The notes under the pieces were generated by a model. The model was given only the letters and a program-made list of their open reading frames with translations. It was not told the DNA's origin and did no database searches. Positions 27,167 to 36,358 of a stretch of 64,000 nucleotides of DNA are shown one piece after another. A program made the translations under genes and the position numbers. Each line of letters starts with the position of its first letter. Position 1 is the first letter of the stretch. The stretch is from Escherichia coli. Its GTDB lineage: Bacteria; Pseudomonadota; Gammaproteobacteria; Enterobacterales; Enterobacteriaceae. The DNA lies in NCBI RefSeq assembly GCF_024502345.1, contig NZ_JALDNN010000001.1; one strand, given 5' to 3'.

Positions 27167-28117
27167 ATGCGTGTGTTACTGGCACCGATGGAGGGAGTGC
27201 TTGACTCTCTGGTGCGTGAATTGCTGACCGAAGTTAACGACTACGATCTGTGCATCACCGAGTTTGTCCGCGTGGTGGATCAACTGCTGCCGGTAAAAGT
27301 CTTTCATCGCATTTGCCCTGAGCTACAAAACGCCAGCCGGACACCATCTGGTACGCTGGTGCGCGTGCAGTTGTTAGGTCAGTTCCCACAATGGCTGGCA
27401 GAGAACGCCGCCCGTGCGGTGGAGTTAGGTTCCTGGGGCGTGGATCTCAATTGCGGCTGCCCGTCGACAACGGTTAACGGTAGCGGCGGCGGGGCGACGT
27501 TACTCAAAGATCCTGAACTCATCTACCAGGGGGCAAAAGCGATGCGTGAAGCTGTACCGGCGCATTTGCCTGTCAGCGTGAAAGTGCGTCTGGGCTGGGA
27601 CAGCGGTGAGAAGAAATTTGAAATCGCCGATGCGGTTCAACAGGCTGGCGCTACGGAGCTGGTGGTGCATGGGCGGACGAAAGAGCAGGGTTACCGCGCG
27701 GAGCATATTGACTGGCAGGCGATTGGCGAGATTCGCCAGCGGCTGAATATTCCGGTGATTGCCAACGGTGAAATCTGGGACTGGCAGAGCGCGCAACAAT
27801 GCATGGCGATCAGCGGCTGCGACGCAGTGATGATTGGTCGCGGGGCGCTCAATATTCCCAACCTGAGCCGGGTGGTAAAATATAACGAACCGCGAATGCC
27901 GTGGCCGGAGGTGGTTGCTTTGCTGCAAAAATATACCCGTCTGGAAAAGCAGGGCGATACCGGGTTATATCACGTAGCGCGGATTAAACAGTGGTTGAGT
28001 TATTTGCGTAAAGAATACGATGAAGCAACAGAATTATTTCAGCATGTTCGGGTGTTGAATAATTCCCATGATATTGCAAGGGCTATTCAGGCAATTGATA
28101 TCGATAAGCTGCGATAA
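27167..28117 (+). CDS. dusC: tRNA-dihydrouridine synthase C, 316 aa
   Basis: ORF track; Dus TIM-barrel with catalytic Cys in LNCGCP. Confidence 0.9.
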   Translation: MRVLLAPMEGVLDSLVRELLTEVNDYDLCITEFVRVVDQLLPVKVFHRICPELQNASRTPSGTLVRVQLLGQFPQWLAENAARAVELGSWGVDLNCGCPSTTVNGSGGGATLLKDPELIYQGAKAMREAVPAHLPVSVKVRLGWDSGEKKFEIADAVQQAGATELVVHGRTKEQGYRAEHIDWQAIGEIRQRLNIPVIANGEIWDWQSAQQCMAISGCDAVMIGRGALNIPNLSRVVKYNEPRMPWPEVVALLQKYTRLEKQGDTGLYHVARIKQWLSYLRKEYDEATELFQHVRVLNNSHDIARAIQAIDIDKLR

Positions 28118-28138
28118 TAGTGGAATCGCAGCTTATCA
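28103..28138 (+). terminator. 12-bp perfect inverted repeat spanning the dusC stop codon
   Basis: GATAAGCTGCGA[16 protein letters not shown]; no T-tract, so terminator function uncertain. Confidence 0.3.
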
Positions 28139-28504
28139 GAGACAATGAATCGCTTATTCAGCTTCATCATCTTGTTGCGCTCCTTTCATGAACTAAGCCA
28201 CATATTGCCACTGGCGCAAGGTGCGCGCAGAGGGAGGACAATCGCCTCCTCCCCCTGCACCCCCGGGCTCTGGCGAACAAAATCGCCGCTGCGCGGTACC
28301 TTCAGCTTATCCCCTTCGGCTACCGGGTCGGGCGCGAGGTAACGTCCTTGTAAGACGCGCCCTCAGCCCACATCCATGTGGGCTGCCCCGGCCTTCGGGG
28401 AACGCTTCAGCGATTTTGACGCCACCAACACCGGAGCTGTTTGCAAATCAAGTACAAAAAATATCTAGTTCCTGACCTGACAACTTATATGCCATATCTG
28501 ATTT

Positions 28505-28588
28505 TTAAAATATCATCTTAAATACGCCAGTCACCACCAGTAGCCCAATCAGGAAAATAATCAATACAGCCCAGAGTATAATTTTCAT
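28505..28588 (-). CDS. yohP: 27-aa single-TM small membrane protein MKIILWAVLIIFLIGLLVVTGVFKMIF
   Basis: Not in ORF track (below length cutoff); ATG preceded by AAGGAA SD; peptide matches E. coli YohP as I recall it. Confidence 0.6.
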   Translation of the reverse strand: MKIILWAVLIIFLIGLLVVTGVFKMIF

Positions 28589-28736
28589 TGGCGTTCCTTT
28601 ATTTGTGAGTGCTGAATAAGTATAGGAAAAAACGAAGCCCTTCGCTGTCATTTATAAGTGATTAAGATAAATCGGAGAATATCATTCACTTAGTCTATAT
28701 TTTTCTGGGTATGTCGTTTTATTGCTACTGATGTAT

Positions 28737-28745
28737 TGCCACGCG
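28737..28745. repeat. Left copy of 9-bp target-site duplication TGCCACGCG flanking IS1
   Basis: Identical 9-mer directly abuts both IS1 ends. Confidence 0.9.
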
Positions 28746-28800
28746 GGTGATGCTGCCAACTTACTGATTTAGTGTATGATGGTGTTTTTGAGGTGCTCCA

Positions 28801-29076
28801 GTGGCTTCTGTTTCTATCAGCTGTCCCTCCTGTTCAGCTACTGACGGGGTGGTGCGTAACGGCAAAAGCACCGCCGGACATCAGCGCTATCTCTGCTCTC
28901 ACTGCCGTAAAACATGGCAACTGCAGTTCACTTACACCGCTTCTCAACCCGGTACGCACCAGAAAATCATTGATATGGCCATGAATGGCGTTGGATGCCG
29001 GGCAACCGCCCGCATTATGGGCGTTGGCCTCAACACGATTTTCCGCCATTTAAAAAACTCAGGCCGCAGTCGGTAA
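28801..29076 (+). CDS. insA: IS1 InsA (transposition inhibitor / N-terminal part of InsAB' transposase), 91 aa
   Basis: ORF track; zinc-finger CPSC...CSHC; inside IS1. Confidence 0.95.
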   Translation: MASVSISCPSCSATDGVVRNGKSTAGHQRYLCSHCRKTWQLQFTYTASQPGTHQKIIDMAMNGVGCRATARIMGVGLNTIFRHLKNSGRSR

Positions 29077-29498
29077 CCTCGCGCATACAGCCGGGCAGTG
29101 ACGTCATCGTCTGCGCGGAAATGGACGAACAGTGGGGATACGTCGGGGCTAAATCGCGCCAGCGCTGGCTGTTTTACGCGTATGACAGGCTCCGGAAGAC
29201 GGTTGTTGCGCACGTATTCGGTGAACGCACTATGGCGACGCTGGGGCGTCTTATGAGCCTGCTGTCACCCTTTGACGTGGTGATATGGATGACGGATGGC
29301 TGGCCGCTGTATGAATCCCGCCTGAAGGGAAAGCTGCACGTAATCAGCAAGCGATATACGCAGCGAATTGAGCGGCATAACCTGAATCTGAGGCAGCACC
29401 TGGCACGGCTGGGACGGAAGTCGCTGTCGTTCTCAAAATCGGTGGAGCTGCATGACAAAGTCATCGGGCATTATCTGAACATAAAACACTATCAATAA
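28995..29498 (+). CDS. insB: IS1 InsB reading frame (expressed as InsAB' by -1 frameshift at TTAAAAAAC near 29048-29056)
   Basis: ORF track frame overlapping insA 3' end in the -1 frame. Confidence 0.9.
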   Translation: MPGNRPHYGRWPQHDFPPFKKLRPQSVTSRIQPGSDVIVCAEMDEQWGYVGAKSRQRWLFYAYDRLRKTVVAHVFGERTMATLGRLMSLLSPFDVVIWMTDGWPLYESRLKGKLHVISKRYTQRIERHNLNLRQHLARLGRKSLSFSKSVELHDKVIGHYLNIKHYQ

Positions 29499-29513
29499 GT
29501 TGGAGTCATTACC

Positions 29514-29522
29514 TGCCACGCG
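29514..29522. repeat. Right copy of 9-bp target-site duplication TGCCACGCG
   Basis: See left copy. Confidence 0.9.
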
Positions 29523-29588
29523 AAACTAAAAAATATATCGCAACACACGGTAATCTCCGCGCACCGTTTCTTACCTGATTATTCCCCC

Positions 29589-31025
29589 ATGAATCGTGAT
29601 TCCTTTTATCCAGCCATCGCCTGTTTTCCGCTGTTACTGATGCTGGCCGGGTGTGCGCCTATGCATGAAACCCGCCAGGCGTTAAGCCAGCAAACGCCCG
29701 CTGCACAAGTTGACACCGCATTACCCACGGCGCTGAAAAATGGTTGGCCAGACAGCCAATGGTGGCTGGAGTATCACGATAATCAGCTCACTTCATTAAT
29801 TAACAATGCACTACAGAACGCACCGGATATGCAGGTGGCTGAACAGCGCATTCAGCTAGCTGAAGCCCAGGCGAAGGCAGTTGCCACTCAGGATGGTCCG
29901 CAGATCGACTTTTCGGCGGATATGGAGCGGCAAAAAATGTCGGCAGAAGGGCTAATGGGGCCGTTTGCTCTGAACGATCCGGCCGCAGGTACGACCGGTC
30001 CGTGGTACACCAACGGAACTTTTGGCTTAACGGCGGGCTGGCATCTCGATATCTGGGGAAAGAATCGGGCGGAGGTTACTGCCCGCCTGGGTACGGTTAA
30101 AGCACGGGCGGCGGAACGCGAGCAAACCCGCCAATTGCTGGCTGGCAGCGTAGCCCGCCTGTACTGGGAGTGGCAAACCCAGGCGGCGTTAAACACGGTC
30201 TTGCAGCAAATAGAAAAAGAGCAGAACACCATTATCGCGACCGATCGCCAGCTATATCAGAACGGGATTACTTCTTCAGTTGACGGTGTGGAAACCGATA
30301 TTAATGCCAGCAAAACCCGGCAGCAGCTCAACGATGTCGCGGGGAAAATGAAAATTATTGAGGCACGGTTAAGCGCACTTACAAATCACCAGACAAAGTC
30401 ATTGAAGCTTAAACCGGTCGCGTTGCCGAAAGTGGCAAGCCAGCTTCCTGATGAACTGGGGTACTCCTTACTGGCCCGGCGGGCAGATTTGCAGGCGGCG
30501 CACTGGTACGTTGAGTCATCGCTAAGCACCATTGATGCGGCAAAAGCGGCATTTTATCCTGACATCAACCTGATGGCCTTCCTGCAACAGGATGCGTTGC
30601 ACTTAAGCGATCTGTTCCGTCATTCCGCGCAGCAAATGGGCGTTACGGCAGGCCTGACGCTACCTATTTTCGATAGTGGTCGTCTTAACGCCAATCTCGA
30701 TATCGCAAAAGCCGAAAGCAACTTGTCTATCGCCAGCTACAACAAAGCGGTGGTTGAAGCGGTGAATGACGTGGCGCGGGCAGCCAGTCAGGTTCAGACA
30801 CTTGCGGAGAAAAACCAGCATCAGGCGCAAATTGAGCGCGATGCCTTGCGTGTGGTAGGTCTTGCGCAGGCGCGCTTTAACGCGGGCATCATTGCTGGTT
30901 CCCGCGTCAGCGAAGCCAGAATCCCCGCGCTGCGTGAGCGGGCCAATGGCCTGTTATTGCAAGGGCAGTGGCTGGATGCTTCCATTCAACTCACTGGTGC
31001 GTTGGGCGGGGGTTACAAACGCTGA
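29589..31025 (+). CDS. mdtQ: Outer-membrane efflux lipoprotein of the NodT/OprM (TolC-like) family, 478 aa, apparently intact
   Basis: ORF track; signal peptide with lipobox LLMLAGC; synteny. Confidence 0.8.
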   Translation: MNRDSFYPAIACFPLLLMLAGCAPMHETRQALSQQTPAAQVDTALPTALKNGWPDSQWWLEYHDNQLTSLINNALQNAPDMQVAEQRIQLAEAQAKAVATQDGPQIDFSADMERQKMSAEGLMGPFALNDPAAGTTGPWYTNGTFGLTAGWHLDIWGKNRAEVTARLGTVKARAAEREQTRQLLAGSVARLYWEWQTQAALNTVLQQIEKEQNTIIATDRQLYQNGITSSVDGVETDINASKTRQQLNDVAGKMKIIEARLSALTNHQTKSLKLKPVALPKVASQLPDELGYSLLARRADLQAAHWYVESSLSTIDAAKAAFYPDINLMAFLQQDALHLSDLFRHSAQQMGVTAGLTLPIFDSGRLNANLDIAKAESNLSIASYNKAVVEAVNDVARAASQVQTLAEKNQHQAQIERDALRVVGLAQARFNAGIIAGSRVSEARIPALRERANGLLLQGQWLDASIQLTGALGGGYKR

Positions 31026-31077
31026 TGATATGCGCCTTCTATACTTAACGTTTATTCAGCGTTAAGTGGAGAACTCG

Positions 31078-31839
31078 ATGGCACAGGTTGCGATTATTAC
31101 CGCCTCCGATTCGGGGATCGGCAAAGAGTGCGCGTTATTACTGGCGCAGCAGGGGTTTGATATTGGTATTACCTGGCACTCAGATGAAGAAGGGGCAAAA
31201 GATACTGCGCGTGAGGTAGTTAGCCACGGCGTACGTGCGGAGATGGTGCAGCTGGATCTCGGTAAACTGCCAGAAGGTGCGCAGGCGCTGGAGAAACTCA
31301 TTCAACGGCTGGGGCGTATTGATGTGCTGGTGAATAATGCGGGCGCAATGACCAAAGCGCCGTTTCTTGATATGGCTTTCGATGAGTGGCGCAAGATTTT
31401 TACCGTTGATGTCGATGGTGCATTTTTATGCTCACAAATTGCGGCCCGCCAGATGGTGAAACAAGGGCAGGGCGGTCGCATCATCAACATTACGTCGGTA
31501 CATGAACATACGCCGCTGCCGGATGCCAGCGCCTACACAGCCGCTAAACATGCGTTCGGTGGGTTAACCAAAGCGATGGCGCTGGAGCTGGTCAGGCATA
31601 AGATTTTGGTGAACGCAGTCGCGCCTGGGGCGATCGCCACGCCAATGAATGGCATGGATGACAGCGACGTGAAGCCCGACGCGGAGCCTTCGATTCCTCT
31701 GCGGCGTTTTGGCGCAACGCATGAGATTGCCAGCCTGGTAGCGTGGCTGTGCTCAGAGGGCGCAAATTACACCACCGGGCAGTCGTTGATAGTGGATGGC
31801 GGCTTTATGTTGGCGAATCCGCAGTTCAACCCAGAATAG
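31078..31839 (+). CDS. yohF: Short-chain dehydrogenase/reductase (253 aa from ATG; ORF track GTG at 31066)
   Basis: ORF track; SDR TASDSGIG cofactor motif and YxxxK active site. Confidence 0.85.
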   Translation: MAQVAIITASDSGIGKECALLLAQQGFDIGITWHSDEEGAKDTAREVVSHGVRAEMVQLDLGKLPEGAQALEKLIQRLGRIDVLVNNAGAMTKAPFLDMAFDEWRKIFTVDVDGAFLCSQIAARQMVKQGQGGRIINITSVHEHTPLPDASAYTAAKHAFGGLTKAMALELVRHKILVNAVAPGAIATPMNGMDDSDVKPDAEPSIPLRRFGATHEIASLVAWLCSEGANYTTGQSLIVDGGFMLANPQFNPE

Positions 31840-31878
31840 CGCAGTGAGGTGCGTGGTTATTTCAATGGGTAAAATTTT

Positions 31879-31962
31879 GGTAGGCATGATAAGACGCACA
31901 AGCGTCGCATCAGGCATGGTGCACCGGATGTCGGATGCGGCGCGAACGCCTTACCCAGGGCA
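31879..31962. repeat. REP/BIME-like units between convergent yohF and yohD
   Basis: GGTAGGCATGATAAGACGCACAAGCGTCGCATCAGGCA and CGGATGCGGCGCGAACGCCTTAC motifs. Confidence 0.6.
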
Positions 31963-31968
31963 ATGGTT

Positions 31969-32547
31969 TTACGCCTGATGATCCGGCTTTTTCTTCCCGC
32001 GCCGTTTCAGCCACCAGCGCACGCCCACCACCAGAACCACGACCAGAATCAACCAGACCCAGTGCTTCAAATGCTGGTCGAGATTGTGCAACCACGGCGC
32101 AATCACCTGACCACCAGCGTAACCAATAGTGGTAAAAATCAACGCCCAGGCAAATGCGCCGAGAATATTCAGCGGCAGAAAGATTTTCGGCGGCAGCTGG
32201 CTGGCACCAATCAGCGTCGGGCCAATCACCCGAAAGCCATACATAAAGCGCGTACCAATGACAAACAGATACGGATGGCGTTGGATAAGTTTCTGCGCCC
32301 GCTCAATTTTATCCTGATGTTTCGAGAAACGGCGTAACAGCTTGCCGCCAAACCGCCGCCCGCACAGATAAAGCACCTGGTCGCCAATCATGCCGCCAAG
32401 CGCCACAGAAAGTACCACCAGCGGGAACTTTAATAGCCCCTGATGTGCCGCAACGCCTCCCAGCAAAGTCACGGTTTCACCTTCCGCCAGGCTACCGATC
32501 ACCAGCGCGGCATAACCATATTGTGAGATGAGTGTATTGAGATCCAT
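31969..32547 (-). CDS. yohD: DedA-family inner membrane protein (192 aa from ATG; ORF track extends to 32583)
   Basis: ORF track; DedA/SNARE-associated TM profile. Confidence 0.85.
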   Translation of the reverse strand: MDLNTLISQYGYAALVIGSLAEGETVTLLGGVAAHQGLLKFPLVVLSVALGGMIGDQVLYLCGRRFGGKLLRRFSKHQDKIERAQKLIQRHPYLFVIGTRFMYGFRVIGPTLIGASQLPPKIFLPLNILGAFAWALIFTTIGYAGGQVIAPWLHNLDQHLKHWVWLILVVVLVVGVRWWLKRRGKKKPDHQA

Positions 32548-32716
32548 AGGCCAGTCTGTCTCCCTTTGGTTGCCTGTAAGCATACACCCTGGAAATCATT
32601 CACGCTGAAAAAGGACATACATCAGACGGTGCAAATTACATGGATGAACAAAAAATAATCACAAGCTGACTTATACTTGAACTGTCAGGTTCATGAACTC
32701 ACAACAAGGGGGCGGT

Positions 32717-33304
32717 ATGAGCCATGTCTGGGGACTGTTTTCCCATCCCGATCGTGAAATGCAGGTGATTAATCGCGAAAACGAAACGATTTCTCACCAT
32801 TACACCCACCACGTTTTGCTGATGGCGGCGATTCCGGTGATTTGCGCCTTCATTGGCACTACACAGATTGGCTGGAATTTTGGCGATGGCACTATCCTGA
32901 AGTTATCCTGGTTTACCGGACTGGCGCTGGCTGTCCTGTTTTATGGCGTTATGCTGGCTGGGGTTGCGGTAATGGGGCGGGTCATCTGGTGGATGGCGCG
33001 TAATTATCCGCAGCGTCCGTCACTTGCGCACTGCATGGTCTTCGCGGGCTACGTTGCAACTCCGCTGTTTTTAAGCGGTCTGGTGGCGCTTTATCCGCTG
33101 GTCTGGTTGTGTGCGCTGGTCGGCACGGTGGCGCTGTTTTACACCGGCTACCTGCTTTACCTTGGTATTCCGAGCTTCCTGAATATCAACAAAGAGGAAG
33201 GCCTTAGCTTCTCTAGTTCGACGCTGGCGATTGGCGTGCTGGTACTGGAAGTGCTGCTCGCCCTAACCGTTATACTATGGGGCTACGGTTATCGTTTGTT
33301 CTAG
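32717..33304 (+). CDS. yohC: Yip1-family inner membrane protein (195 aa from ATG 32717)
   Basis: ORF track; polytopic; SD GGGGG upstream of ATG. Confidence 0.8.
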   Translation: MSHVWGLFSHPDREMQVINRENETISHHYTHHVLLMAAIPVICAFIGTTQIGWNFGDGTILKLSWFTGLALAVLFYGVMLAGVAVMGRVIWWMARNYPQRPSLAHCMVFAGYVATPLFLSGLVALYPLVWLCALVGTVALFYTGYLLYLGIPSFLNINKEEGLSFSSSTLAIGVLVLEVLLALTVILWGYGYRLF

Positions 33305-33321
33305 AAAGTTCTTTGACGTTG

Positions 33322-33353
33322 CATTGCTGGCGTAAATGTCAGCAATGCAGCAT
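33322..33353 (+). terminator. Hairpin downstream of yohC
   Basis: TGCATTGCTG-loop-CAGCAATGCA 10-bp stem; weak T-tract. Confidence 0.4.
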
Positions 33354-33477
33354 TTCCTCACGATTCTCCTTTGACGATCGCACTTTTTGCTCGTTATGAT
33401 GGCGTCGCTAGCCTCAGTAAATCCTTACTCCGGCGGTGCGCAACCCGTGCGCGTGAACCACTATCTGAATGCTCATC

Positions 33478-34410
33478 ATGCCGAAATTTCGAGTTTCTTT
33501 ATTTAGCCTGGCCCTGATGCTGGCTGTGCCTTTGGCACCGCAGGCCGTTGCGAAAACGGCAGCCGCTACCACCGCTTCACAACCGGAAATTGCCTCCGGT
33601 AGCGCGATGATTGTTGATCTGAATACCAACAAAGTGATCTATTCGAACCACCCGGATCTGGTGCGTCCGATTGCGTCTATCAGCAAATTAATGACCGCGA
33701 TGGTTGTGCTGGATGCACGACTGCCGCTGGATGAAAAACTAAAAGTGGATATCAGCCAGACGCCGGAGATGAAAGGGGTCTATTCGCGCGTACGACTGAA
33801 TAGCGAAATCAGCCGTAAAGATATGCTGTTGCTGGCGCTGATGTCTTCAGAAAACCGCGCGGCGGCAAGCCTTGCGCACCATTATCCCGGTGGTTACAAA
33901 GCCTTTATTAAGGCAATGAATGCGAAAGCGAAATCGCTCGGAATGAACAACACGCGCTTTGTTGAACCTACCGGATTGTCGGTGCATAACGTTTCAACTG
34001 CCCGTGACTTAACCAAACTGCTCATTGCCAGCAAACAATATCCGTTGATCGGGCAGTTAAGTACTACCCGGGAAGATATGGCAACCTTCTCTAACCCGAC
34101 GTATACGCTGCCGTTCCGCAATACTAATCATCTGGTGTATCGCGATAACTGGAATATTCAGTTAACCAAAACCGGCTTTACCAATGCGGCGGGCCATTGT
34201 CTGGTGATGCGTACGGTTATCAATAATAAACCGGTGGCGCTGGTAGTGATGGACGCGTTTGGCAAATATACCCATTTTGCCGATGCCAGCCGCCTGCGTA
34301 CCTGGATTGAAACCGGTAAAGTGATGCCTGTGCCGGCAGCAGCGTTGAGCTATAAAAAACAAAAAGCCGCCCAAATGGCGGCGGCGGGGCAGACGGCACA
34401 GAACGATTAA
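33478..34410 (+). CDS. pbpG: D-alanyl-D-alanine endopeptidase PBP7 (310 aa from ATG 33478; alternative ATG at 33469)
   Basis: ORF track; signal peptide; SxxK (SISK), SxN and KTG motifs. Confidence 0.9.
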   Translation: MPKFRVSLFSLALMLAVPLAPQAVAKTAAATTASQPEIASGSAMIVDLNTNKVIYSNHPDLVRPIASISKLMTAMVVLDARLPLDEKLKVDISQTPEMKGVYSRVRLNSEISRKDMLLLALMSSENRAAASLAHHYPGGYKAFIKAMNAKAKSLGMNNTRFVEPTGLSVHNVSTARDLTKLLIASKQYPLIGQLSTTREDMATFSNPTYTLPFRNTNHLVYRDNWNIQLTKTGFTNAAGHCLVMRTVINNKPVALVVMDAFGKYTHFADASRLRTWIETGKVMPVPAAALSYKKQKAAQMAAAGQTAQND

Positions 34411-34418
34411 GTGAATTC

Positions 34419-34450
34419 GGATGGCGATACTCTGCCATCCGTAATTTTTA
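34419..34450. terminator. Bidirectional Rho-independent terminator between convergent pbpG and dld
   Basis: GGATGGC-loop-GCCATCC followed by TAATTTTTA. Confidence 0.7.
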
Positions 34451-36163
34451 CTCCACTTCCTGCCAGTTTTTCCGTTTACTGGTTTTACCGATCCCCGGAT
34501 TCATGCTGTTGGTCGGATCGTTCTCGCGATAGAACTTCTGCAACGTCTCCGGTGCTTTATACAAATGACCGACGTTATGCTCGGCAGGGTACTGCGCGCC
34601 GCGCTGCTGTAGCAGTTCCAGCATCTGTTCTTTTAACGCATGCACATCCACGCCTTTTTTCACTATGTAATCCTGATGGAAGACATAGCACATAAAATGG
34701 CCGTAATAGAGCTTGTGCACCAGCTGGCTGTCGATCTCCGGCGGTAAATGCTCATACCACTCGGTGTCGTTACGCCGCAGAGCGATATCCAACGCCAGAA
34801 TGTCTTCGACTTCATCGGAATGCACCGCCTGATAACGAATTGCTGCGCCCGCAGCGGCGAAACGGTGTAAAAACGCTTTGCTGCCTTCCTCCGGCGTACA
34901 GACAAAGAAATCGCCTTCGGCCTGTTTGAAATAATCTACCAGCCACGATTTGGCTTCACCGACGCCATCGCCCGCCATTTTTAACAGCAGATGATGCTCG
35001 TATTTATCGCGCCAGTTTTTCATGCGCGGCGGTAAATGGCTGGGGAACAGGTGACCGAATTTTTGCATCGCACGGTCAGTAAAATGCGGACGGAAGAATT
35101 TCACTTTCTCCAGCATCGCATCGGTGCGTCCCTTGAGATTAAAGAAGAACGGCATCTTGTCGGTGCCTAACTTATCAATCATCAGGAAGGTGTCTTTGCC
35201 GTATTTTTCCGCAATATCGTAGATATCCCGGTGCATATATTCCCCGGCAACCGGCAGATTTTCGAAGTTAGCCAGAATATGACGGCGGATTTCGGTCAGC
35301 ACTTCCGGCTGGTTGGTGCCGATATAAAACACCTGCTGATTTTTTTCCGCCTCGAAGGTATCAAGACGTACTGCAAAGACGGCCAGCTTCCCGGCGCAAC
35401 CAGAAGATTCAAATAACCGATCCGGATCGGCGTTATAACGTGCGGGCGTGTCGGCTTCAATATCACGAACGCGGTGGACATAGTCATAATCGTGGGCGTG
35501 ACGACCATCGTGACGCACATCGTCATCTTTGATGCGATCATCATCCAGCTTGCTAAGGATCTGCTCCGGCGTTTCGCCCAGATCAATCCCCAGATGGTTC
35601 ACCAGCGTCAGTTTGCCGTCTTCATTTATACGCGCGAATAACGACATTTCGGTATACGCCGGGCCACGTTGCACCAGCGAGCCGCCGGAGTTGTTACAAA
35701 TACCACCGATGACCGATGCGCCTATACACGATGATCCAATCACTGAGTGCGGTTCGCGTCCCAGCGGTTTGAGGGCTTTTTCCAGCGAATAGAGCGTGGT
35801 GCCCGGATAGGCCAGCACCTGTTCGCCCTTGCCGAGAACGTGCAGCTTGTCGAGACGCAGGGTGCTGATGATCACGATATCGCGATCATAGTCGTTACCG
35901 TTTGGCGTCGATCCTTCGGTCAGGCCTGTATTGGCAGCCTGCATCAGAATAATTTTGTCGGCGGTGACGCAGGCTTTCAGCACCCGCCACAATTCCAGTA
36001 GTGAGCCAGGGAAAACGACAGCCAGCGCGTCGCCCTGACCAGAACGGAAGCCCTTGCGATAGCGAGCCGTTTTTGCGGGATCGGTGAGCAGGTGTGAATG
36101 ACCGACCAGACGGGCAAGTTCATTCAAAAAGGCTTTATTATCAGTTGTTGTCATGGAAGACAT
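34448..36163 (-). CDS. dld: FAD-dependent membrane-associated D-lactate dehydrogenase (571 aa from MSSMTTTD start)
   Basis: ORF track (GTG extension to 36196); family and length. Confidence 0.9.
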   Translation of the reverse strand: MSSMTTTDNKAFLNELARLVGHSHLLTDPAKTARYRKGFRSGQGDALAVVFPGSLLELWRVLKACVTADKIILMQAANTGLTEGSTPNGNDYDRDIVIISTLRLDKLHVLGKGEQVLAYPGTTLYSLEKALKPLGREPHSVIGSSCIGASVIGGICNNSGGSLVQRGPAYTEMSLFARINEDGKLTLVNHLGIDLGETPEQILSKLDDDRIKDDDVRHDGRHAHDYDYVHRVRDIEADTPARYNADPDRLFESSGCAGKLAVFAVRLDTFEAEKNQQVFYIGTNQPEVLTEIRRHILANFENLPVAGEYMHRDIYDIAEKYGKDTFLMIDKLGTDKMPFFFNLKGRTDAMLEKVKFFRPHFTDRAMQKFGHLFPSHLPPRMKNWRDKYEHHLLLKMAGDGVGEAKSWLVDYFKQAEGDFFVCTPEEGSKAFLHRFAAAGAAIRYQAVHSDEVEDILALDIALRRNDTEWYEHLPPEIDSQLVHKLYYGHFMCYVFHQDYIVKKGVDVHALKEQMLELLQQRGAQYPAEHNVGHLYKAPETLQKFYRENDPTNSMNPGIGKTSKRKNWQEVE

Positions 36164-36358
36164 TTTCCACTCCTTGTGGTGGCGAAAAAATATCACAAAC
36201 TAGAATAGCGCCTTGTATGACAATTCAGCGAGTGAATATTTTGAAAATTCAGACAATAAACTGAGCATTCTTTTTCTCTCTCCATCATGCTTATGGCAAA
36301 CTACGGTTTTTGCACCATTTTCGCTGCCTCGTCGGGCAACAGAGGAAGAAAAATCCAT

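Larger units (their letters stand above)
28746..29513 (+). mobile_element. IS1 insertion sequence, complete (768 bp) with terminal inverted repeats
   Basis: Starts GGTGATGCTGCCAACTTACTGAT, ends ATCAATAAGTTGGAGTCATTACC; contains insA and insB frames and the A6C frameshift motif. Confidence 0.95.

Noticed and set aside
28145-28475. Plus-strand ORFs of 65 and 84 aa in the dusC-yohP intergenic region
   Set aside because: They fall in the GC-rich palindromic element, are Arg/Pro/Gly-rich as expected from GC-rich non-coding DNA, and have no SD.
29589-31025. mdtQ as a pseudogene (as annotated in K-12)
   Set aside because: Here the frame is uninterrupted over 478 codons with an intact lipoprotein signal; only its upstream region is disrupted by IS1.
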